Part shown: positions 45,315-51,736 of the stretch, piece by piece | Position numbering within the stretch: position 1 is the stretch's first letter | How the letters are laid out: every line of letters begins with the position of its first letter | Source of the DNA: a virus | Lineage: Duplodnaviria; Caudoviricetes | Strand: one strand, 5' to 3' | DNA length: 51,736 nt | Virus record (IMG/VR): IMGVR_UViG_3300017913_000476 | Coordinates: 1-51,736 of that record | The notes under the pieces: model-generated | What the model saw: the letters and a program-made list of their open reading frames with translations, nothing else | Told to the model about the DNA's origin: nothing | Database searches by the model: none | Program-made: the position numbers and the translations under genes

Positions 45315-47095
45315 TATCTCTCACCATCTGGTTGCATATCCACCCGTGTGTGTCCCAAACGCCATCCTGTTCCGACTGCATCGCTTTCGACCTTGATAGA
45401 CATCTGCCTTCCACGCACCCTTGGATTAATTCTTTTCGTAGACGAGGAGACTGGAAATGGTCCTTTACTTGTAAAACTGGACATAGCGTCTTTTCTTGAC
45501 TTGAAGGTAACGTCAACGGTTCCGCTTGTTTCGATGTCTGGAAGCGCACGGGTGATGAACATGATTTCGTTACCGTCTGCAATGTCCATGTCTGCGGATT
45601 CGATAAACGATTCCATAGCCAAGCCATCCGCGTCTTCACCGATTTCATGAGAGTAAAGGTAGCCGTTGGTTGCGGCACCTGTGTTGTTCGGGAATGTGGA
45701 TGCATCTGTCCATGCGGTCCTATCCATTGTCCCGACATCCCATACATTCTCACGATAATTATACTTAACATACTTGTCGTTCTCGTTACTCGAACCGCTT
45801 GGATAAAACCAGAACACCTCGTTGTGTTCCTTGTCCAACCCTGCGGCAACCTTCTCCACCTGTACTGAGTTCAGGTCTTCAAATACAAAGTTATTAACAG
45901 GACCAATCAGGGGCCTGACAGAACCGTCAAAAGCGAAGAACTGATTGATGCCCATCCAATAAACAATACCGCCGACTTCAACTGCCGCCAGTGGCCCACC
46001 AAGGCCACAGCCAGTAGCTAGTTCACGGAAGCCAAAGGTGTAAGGCGGTCCACGGAATGTCATTGAGTGCAAGCTAACGTCAGTCCATATCAGAATCTGA
46101 CCGCGAGTTCGCCTCGCCCCAACAATGCGAGAACCACCAGAAAGTCTTTGAGAGCCAGCGGTATTTGTTGCGGCTGTTGTCCAAGTGCTTGTAGTTTCTT
46201 GGTCAGCAAACTTAACTGTCAGCGGGTCATCAGCACCCAATGCAATTAAATGTCTATCTGGGTTAGATACGATGACACCCCGTGTGGTGTCAGGTGTCTG
46301 GCTGTCACTGGTGTATGTGTCATCAATTAGGAATGCACGGTTACCAACCCCTGCGGAAGCATCCCACTGTACTAGCGGTTGACCAATAACAGAGGCAACC
46401 AAGTCCTCACCGAAGATGTCAAATGACCAAGTCCTTGCGTCAACCTCAATACCAGCGGTATTTGCTGGTACATTCCAGCCGCCACCGTTTCTAGCTGTGT
46501 TCCATGTGCCAACGCCGTAACCATAGTCAAACACAGAGTCAGACTGACCGGGGTTTAACAGGTACTCAAACGCTACTGTGCCGCCGACAGCAGAACCTGT
46601 TGACGTTGCGTTACCCGATGCAGTGATGCTGAATGAGTTCGTATTAATAAAGGTAATAGTAAACTCTGTGTCAGCCGCCCAAGAGATGCCGTTGAAACTA
46701 GCGGCACCCAAGATAATCCTGTTGCCATCAACCATGCCATGCGCGGCAGAGGTAACTGTTACAGTTGGTGAACCGTTAGTTACGCTGAACGCATTACTTA
46801 GGTTACCAGACGAGATAACTGGGGTGACATCATATAGAACACCGCCCTTTAGAATATACAGGTGCGTGTGTGTACCCACTGCCATCAAGGCGTTGTCATC
46901 ATTGTCACGCCACTGAATAAGCCCACGGCAGGAACCAGAGAACTGGTTCTGCGTTAGCTTCTGCCAGCCTTTTAGCTTTTCAGGCTTACCGTTCCAGAAT
47001 CTAATCTTGTCAGAGTTTACCCATCGACCTTCAGCAGAGTAGCTTGTGTCATCCTTCACAATGCCGGGGGCAAATTTCAAAGTTGCTAATGGCAT
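45314..47095 (-). CDS. tail nozzle / DNA stabilization protein (P22 gp10-like)
   Basis: PGIVKD.T.Y..EG.W...RF..G.PEK..GW start, beta-propeller-like, ...R.RGRQ...WRLG..R.D..PDG.R end. Confidence 0.8.
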   Translation of the reverse strand: MPLATLKFAPGIVKDDTSYSAEGRWVNSDKIRFWNGKPEKLKGWQKLTQNQFSGSCRGLIQWRDNDDNALMAVGTHTHLYILKGGVLYDVTPVISSGNLSNAFSVTNGSPTVTVTSAAHGMVDGNRIILGAASFNGISWAADTEFTITFINTNSFSITASGNATSTGSAVGGTVAFEYLLNPGQSDSVFDYGYGVGTWNTARNGGGWNVPANTAGIEVDARTWSFDIFGEDLVASVIGQPLVQWDASAGVGNRAFLIDDTYTSDSQTPDTTRGVIVSNPDRHLIALGADDPLTVKFADQETTSTWTTAATNTAGSQRLSGGSRIVGARRTRGQILIWTDVSLHSMTFRGPPYTFGFRELATGCGLGGPLAAVEVGGIVYWMGINQFFAFDGSVRPLIGPVNNFVFEDLNSVQVEKVAAGLDKEHNEVFWFYPSGSSNENDKYVKYNYRENVWDVGTMDRTAWTDASTFPNNTGAATNGYLYSHEIGEDADGLAMESFIESADMDIADGNEIMFITRALPDIETSGTVDVTFKSRKDAMSSFTSKGPFPVSSSTKRINPRVRGRQMSIKVESDAVGTGWRLGHTRVDMQPDGER

Positions 47096-47097
47096 AA

Positions 47098-48165
47098 CTA
47101 CCCCGTTGTTAAAGACGGCCCGCTGATAGAGAACGTCCCGGTTGAGTGGTTACCAGTCAATGTTTGAATTAGACTTGACCTAACGCTGTTAGATGTACTC
47201 AAGCTGTTAGATGTAAATCCAGACTGTGAGTAGCTGGTAGCCCCACTATTGATGTTCGTAGGCCAAGTTCTCTTGTTGTTTGTACAAAACCAAAAATGCC
47301 TTTGCCCACTGATTACGCGAGATGCCGCCGCAAAGTCTCTTGAGTCACGCCCTGCCGCGCCTGTTCCACCGTTGTATACATAAGTGTTAGTGTTCGTATC
47401 GTCATAGTTCCCGTTGGAGTCTAGCGGAATAATACTAGCCGCCGCTGTTTGGAAATTTTCAGTTCCGCCACCAAGGTTGGCATAGTCACATTCGTTGTAT
47501 GTCCACTCAAAGCGGAACGTGTTTGTCGCAGAACGCCTTAGAAGAAAGTGAAAGTTGGCGTTTCCAGCAACACTGCTATGCCTAACCTTTGAACCAGACG
47601 CGCCGCCAAAGCCGCCAGCACTAAACGATAGACCAAGAGTTCCGTTCACACTCTGAAGCGCAGACACAAGTGCATCCTTGTTGTTCTTTCTAATGGAACC
47701 AGTTCCGTTTACGGTAATGCTTTGAGAACTCTGGTTCCGCAAACAGTAGCCACTGTAGCTACGAAGAGTTCCATTGACTGTGACGGTTGTGGTTCCGTCC
47801 CAGCTAGAAGAGAAGTTAAGTGCAACACCATTTGCGTTGTTGTTTGTAATCGTAGAGGAGATTACAAGTTCCTTCGGGTAATCAACAGAAGAGTCCGTGC
47901 CAAAGTAGTCTGTCGCTTCTTTGTTTGTTCTGTTAGTTGACTCTGTGTACTTCCACGCACGCTTCTGGCTATAGAAGTCATTAAGCGCAATGGCACCCGA
48001 TGTAGGCACACTTGCAGAAAGATTAGTCGCATTGTTATTAGAGGCGTTACCGCGAACAGCAGTACCGCCTCTGTAATAGTTACCCATTGAAATGGGGCCA
48101 CTGGACTGTGCATACTCAGTTCGTATGTCATCGAAGCTGATAGCCCCACTAGCTTGCAGTGTCAT
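47098..48165 (-). CDS. tail fibre/adhesin-like protein
   Basis: MTLQASGAISF..I..E...ISM..YYRGG...VPTSGAI....FY N-terminus; Ser/Thr/Asn-rich. Confidence 0.7.
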   Translation of the reverse strand: MTLQASGAISFDDIRTEYAQSSGPISMGNYYRGGTAVRGNASNNNATNLSASVPTSGAIALNDFYSQKRAWKYTESTNRTNKEATDYFGTDSSVDYPKELVISSTITNNNANGVALNFSSSWDGTTTVTVNGTLRSYSGYCLRNQSSQSITVNGTGSIRKNNKDALVSALQSVNGTLGLSFSAGGFGGASGSKVRHSSVAGNANFHFLLRRSATNTFRFEWTYNECDYANLGGGTENFQTAAASIIPLDSNGNYDDTNTNTYVYNGGTGAAGRDSRDFAAASRVISGQRHFWFCTNNKRTWPTNINSGATSYSQSGFTSNSLSTSNSVRSSLIQTLTGNHSTGTFSISGPSLTTG

Positions 48166-48911
48166 TAGGCACTCCCGTAAGCTGTGATGTTATCCTCTAC
48201 AGTTAGCGCACCAGCGGATGTCAGTTTGAAACGGTCTGTTCCGTTGTAAGCAAACTTAAGGTCTGTGCCGTCTTGTGTGATAGTCCATCCGTTTGTGCCG
48301 AGGCTGATTGTTCCAGCGTTAAGTGTAGCTGTTGTGGTGATGTTGTTTGCGCCAGCATTAACCGCACCAGACGCGGTGAATGTACCAGTAATAGTTCCTG
48401 TGACATCAAGGTCGCCGGAAACATCAAGGTCACCAGTTACATCAACGCCGTCAGTTACAGCCTCTGCTTTTGTTACGCCGTTGTATCGAAGCTGATTGGC
48501 AGAACCCTCCGACAGAGAATACACGCTATTAGAACCGTCAGAGTGAATAATGCCCGATGAGTTTGCATATACGGTTGCAGTTTTGGTGCCTGAACCAACT
48601 TGGAAGGTGATGTTCTGAGAGTACTCGTTCAGGATGTTGATAATCTTCTTGACCGAAGACGGGAGTGTTACCGTAACCGCACCTGTTGGTGAACCAGTAT
48701 ATCGGTATGTAGCATACCGTTCTTCTTGACCAGACGTACCATCGGTTGGTGCAGATACAGTTTGCGATGTCGAGCTAGAGGAAATGGTGTAAAGTTCAGC
48801 CATTGCCTCGTCAATGATGTCGAAGTTTGTGTTGGTAATCGTACCCCAAGAGTTGGCGTTCTCACCAGACCCCTGCTTTTCGATTCCCAAATTGGTATAG
48901 GTTGACGGCAT
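48165..48911 (-). CDS. tail fibre-related protein
   Basis: MPSTY..LG......GEN...WG..TN.N N-terminus. Confidence 0.7.
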   Translation of the reverse strand: MPSTYTNLGIEKQGSGENANSWGTITNTNFDIIDEAMAELYTISSSSTSQTVSAPTDGTSGQEERYATYRYTGSPTGAVTVTLPSSVKKIINILNEYSQNITFQVGSGTKTATVYANSSGIIHSDGSNSVYSLSEGSANQLRYNGVTKAEAVTDGVDVTGDLDVSGDLDVTGTITGTFTASGAVNAGANNITTTATLNAGTISLGTNGWTITQDGTDLKFAYNGTDRFKLTSAGALTVEDNITAYGSA

Positions 48912-48967
48912 TTTATCCTCTTTCTCGACTTACCTTAATATATCATACCCTTAGCCGGAGGGCTGAA

Positions 48968-49693
48968 CTATCTTACTGGCGTTGTCCAAGTTGCGTTTGA
49001 TACTGTAGAACGTGGTGTCCAAATACCAGTCCCTCTGGCTGTTACACTCCATACCTCTGTCGCCGTAGGCACAAGGTCAGCCCAGTCCTCGAACAAGTTC
49101 TCGCCAAATGTATCTTGTTCGAAGGTAATTGTTAGTTCCCCAAGCACACCAAGTTTAAGCCTTACACCCTCTGAGTCCTGAACGAAGGTGAATGACATAT
49201 CGCTGTCACCATGTCTCTGCACAGATGTTGGCGTAGTCTGGACAGAGTCAGTTCTCTGAGTAGAAAAGCCGCTTGCTGTTTTGGCGGCTGTGGTTGTTTG
49301 GTCAAACTGAAACGTGGGGTTGTATTCCCCACTTGCAGTAAAGTTAGGCGCAACGGACTGTACAAAGTTTGCCGAAACATCTGCATCGCCAGACGCAATC
49401 CTGTTCGGGTCAGCGGTTTGCGTGAACTCTGATGTGTAATCTACGCCAGTTATATTGATTAGCGTAGGGTCTGTGGTCTGCGTAAAGTTAAAGCTGACGT
49501 TAGGCACTTCGCCGGGAACAACGCCGTTAGCGGCGGCAGACTGTCTAAAGTTTCCGCTTAACTCGTTAATGGCTGATGTTATTTTAATGGGCTGTGAAGT
49601 TTGAAAAAAATCTCCTGACATCTCTTGCGATGCCACTTTGACAAAACCCTGTGTTGCATGTGGTTGCTGTGAAAGGGCGTGAACTCCAAACAT
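48968..49693 (-). CDS. tail-associated protein
   Basis: Start MFG..ALS..P at the TGATG overlap; Thr-rich repeats; W-rich end. Confidence 0.65.
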   Translation of the reverse strand: MFGVHALSQQPHATQGFVKVASQEMSGDFFQTSQPIKITSAINELSGNFRQSAAANGVVPGEVPNVSFNFTQTTDPTLINITGVDYTSEFTQTADPNRIASGDADVSANFVQSVAPNFTASGEYNPTFQFDQTTTAAKTASGFSTQRTDSVQTTPTSVQRHGDSDMSFTFVQDSEGVRLKLGVLGELTITFEQDTFGENLFEDWADLVPTATEVWSVTARGTGIWTPRSTVSNATWTTPVR

Positions 49694-50292
49694 CAGCCCG
49701 CGATTTCCATAGCTGTCAGCGTTGTAATAGGGAACGTATTCCACCAAGTATTTTGTGCCGCCGTAATGCCGTGGTAATGGGCAGAGTTAACTGTAAAAGC
49801 ATAGCCACTTATAGACGAAGTTCTAGCACCCGCACTAATTTTATATGTAAGTTGAGATGTTGTCGCGGGTTCATCCAAGAAAAACCCTGCCGAGTTAGTT
49901 TGCATATATGTTGCGCCAGTTACTTCGCCCGTTGAACAAGCATACCATGCGCCCTCTCTGGACGCTTCTGATGAATTATCCCCATATGCAATCTGACTAT
50001 AGCTTCCAGAGCCAATTTTTCTGTATAGCTTTATATGATGATATCTCGTAATGCTTGATACTTGCGCGTGAGACATAAGATAAATTTTGTTACTGGTTGA
50101 GGAAGGTGTGATTGTAAGGGTTAAAACATCTTCCTCTGTGCCAGTTGTATTTGTAAGGTCATCGTCAAACTCACCAAACTTAACTTGCAAAACAGAACCC
50201 GTAGGCATGTCAGATGTGCCAAGAGATAGCTTTGAAGAAGGAACGGTGGTACTTGTTCCCATCAAGTCAGCAAGTATTCTAGCATTACTCAT
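49693..50292 (-). CDS. small tail-fibre-like jelly-roll protein
   Basis: GSVLQV...ITPSSTSNKI...P.TTSQLTYK...TAMEIA. Confidence 0.7.
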   Translation of the reverse strand: MSNARILADLMGTSTTVPSSKLSLGTSDMPTGSVLQVKFGEFDDDLTNTTGTEEDVLTLTITPSSTSNKIYLMSHAQVSSITRYHHIKLYRKIGSGSYSQIAYGDNSSEASREGAWYACSTGEVTGATYMQTNSAGFFLDEPATTSQLTYKISAGARTSSISGYAFTVNSAHYHGITAAQNTWWNTFPITTLTAMEIAG

Positions 50293-50295
50293 GTC

Positions 50296-50688
50296 TTACT
50301 CCGGCTTCTCAGGCCACACTACAGTGTCCAGTGACTGATAGGTGTCCGTAATATCACGCAAGGCTTGACGATAGTCTAAACGGTCTTGCGGCGTTGGCTG
50401 ATGGTCGTACAAAGTCCACCAGTCTGTCTCTGCTAAACGCCTGTTACGTTCCTCGCGTAGTTTAGCAAGTGGCTCTGCGGCCTCAAGTTCAGCCTTTTTT
50501 GTTTGAATCTGAGGCCATGTAATACCCCAGTTATCAGGGTTGTCAGACTCGATTGCTGTGCCGTTGTCGTCCCTACCAATCACACGGCGGAACATAGAGG
50601 TGAACTCATCCTCTGTGGTGGGTTCTCCGCGAAGAACCCACTCTTCATCAGGTATTAATGCTATGATTGCGTCTGCTACTGTTGCCAT
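50296..50688 (-). CDS. tail fibre assembly chaperone-like protein
   Basis: LREERNRRLAETDWW...YRQALRDIT...WP.KP. Confidence 0.75.
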   Translation of the reverse strand: MATVADAIIALIPDEEWVLRGEPTTEDEFTSMFRRVIGRDDNGTAIESDNPDNWGITWPQIQTKKAELEAAEPLAKLREERNRRLAETDWWTLYDHQPTPQDRLDYRQALRDITDTYQSLDTVVWPEKPE

Positions 50689-50692
50689 GTTT

Positions 50693-51226
50693 TTACCCTA
50701 GTCGCGCCAATTCAAACCCAAACTCATCAAAAGGAAGTCCGGGATTTCTGCCAAATTTAAGAGTATCGTTTTGGGAAAGTTTTAATATTCTTGTAGTTGA
50801 TACATCGTCATATTGACCATACGCTTCCACCCATTCGCCCCAATACACATCGTTTATCCAAAGGTTTCCTATATTTCTTTGAACAGTGCCAGAAGTTGAG
50901 GTGTAATGTCCTGTAAGTAACCAAACCCCGTCAGCAGGTATTGTTACGATACCTGTGGAAGTAGCTAAGATATTATAGTCATTATTATATTGTATCTTTT
51001 TTGCACCAGAAGCAAAAGCGTGGTCAGAGGTTTCATAAGCTGTAAACATATCGTAACCAGCAAAATAGCTACTTGTGCTAGAACCGTCCCATGCGGCACT
51101 GCAAAGATAAATTTTATTTTGATTTACAAAACCAGAAGTCGTTATATTACCACTGCTATCAATCTCTAGCGCGGTGTTTGAGTTTGTTGGGTCTTGAATC
51201 TCGGAGACTTTTAATATGCTGGTCAT
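50693..51226 (-). CDS. small tail-fibre-like protein (C1q-like head)
   Basis: MTSILKV..IQ N-terminus; T.PADGVW...L.QND pattern. Confidence 0.65.
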   Translation of the reverse strand: MTSILKVSEIQDPTNSNTALEIDSSGNITTSGFVNQNKIYLCSAAWDGSSTSSYFAGYDMFTAYETSDHAFASGAKKIQYNNDYNILATSTGIVTIPADGVWLLTGHYTSTSGTVQRNIGNLWINDVYWGEWVEAYGQYDDVSTTRILKLSQNDTLKFGRNPGLPFDEFGFELARLG

Positions 51227-51736
51227 TGTGCAATCTCCATAATAACCATTCCAGAATCCTGCCCTGTCGGGTAAGTTTCATTAAATACAATAACGGATGA
51301 ACCCGTGTTGTCGCCCTGTGCTATTTGTATTTTAATAGTTTTTGCAGTAGTCCCCCAAGAATCATGTAGGTATTGAACAGAAGGATGAGTATAAGCGTAA
51401 ATTCCAGTTAAACCAGAAACTTGAACATCAAATCTCCACAAATTTGTTCCACTTGCAGGACCAATTACTGTAGAATCTGTATTGTTATATACCCTAGCTA
51501 AAAATCTAGAAGCGTTATTTGTATATCCATATGCCGGGATGTTAACGGAAACATCATAAGTTATTAACAATTTACTGTTTGCATACTTAGGTGTGAAACT
51601 TATCTCAATTCCAGTGTCTTGAAAACTCCCACTGTTGGTGCTTATTCTTGTAGTAGTACGATTACTTTGAACCTGAACCACATGACCCGGAATCTGCACC
51701 CCGTTGCCGCTGGTCTTCTCATTTATTGTATCTACA
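51223..51736 (-). CDS. small tail-fibre-like protein, paralog of 49693..50292 (5' end off window)
   Basis: GHVVQV...FTPKYANSKLL...IMEIAQ; frame stays open to the window end. Confidence 0.65.
   Translation of the reverse strand, partial: VDTINEKTSGNGVQIPGHVVQVQSNRTTTRISTNSGSFQDTGIEISFTPKYANSKLLITYDVSVNIPAYGYTNNASRFLARVYNNTDSTVIGPASGTNLWRFDVQVSGLTGIYAYTHPSVQYLHDSWGTTAKTIKIQIAQGDNTGSSVIVFNETYPTGQDSGMVIMEIAQ

Noticed and set aside
47098-51736. Diversity-generating retroelement acting on tail genes
   Set aside because: No reverse transcriptase or TR/VR repeat pair seen in the window

Overview
The window is almost entirely phage DNA. It looks like most of a circularly permuted marine podovirus genome, probably infecting an alphaproteobacterium (inference from gene content). 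The head module (capsid, scaffold, GroES, portal, terminase) resembles, from recall, HTVC010P/uvMED-type phages. Layout: 1-8.8 kb head and packaging genes (-); 8.9-11.2 kb small genes, a G-rich putative pac/terminus region and terS (-); 11.3-12.2 kb a strong promoter followed by about 800 nt of densely structured non-coding sequence; 12.2-21.3 kb early/host-takeover genes (+), including an AAA+/vWA-metallopeptidase module, a HicA-like gene overlapped by an unannotated ArfA-like ribosome-rescue gene, a Zn-less sirtuin, an HNH nuclease and a SleB-like hydrolase; 21.5-26.7 kb replication (-), with a split primase-helicase, a lambda-O-like initiator with a likely internal origin, and a class II RNR; 26.8-30.6 kb recombination, regulators and a tyrosine recombinase (+); 30.6-51.7 kb lysis, internal virion proteins (including a 2691-aa polyvalent protein) and tail genes (-). 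No DNA or RNA polymerase, tRNA or CRISPR array was seen. The top candidates for novelty are the HicA-like + ArfA-like (+ sirtuin) translation-control cassette and the large structured RNA. All family assignments come from motif recognition; no database search was run.
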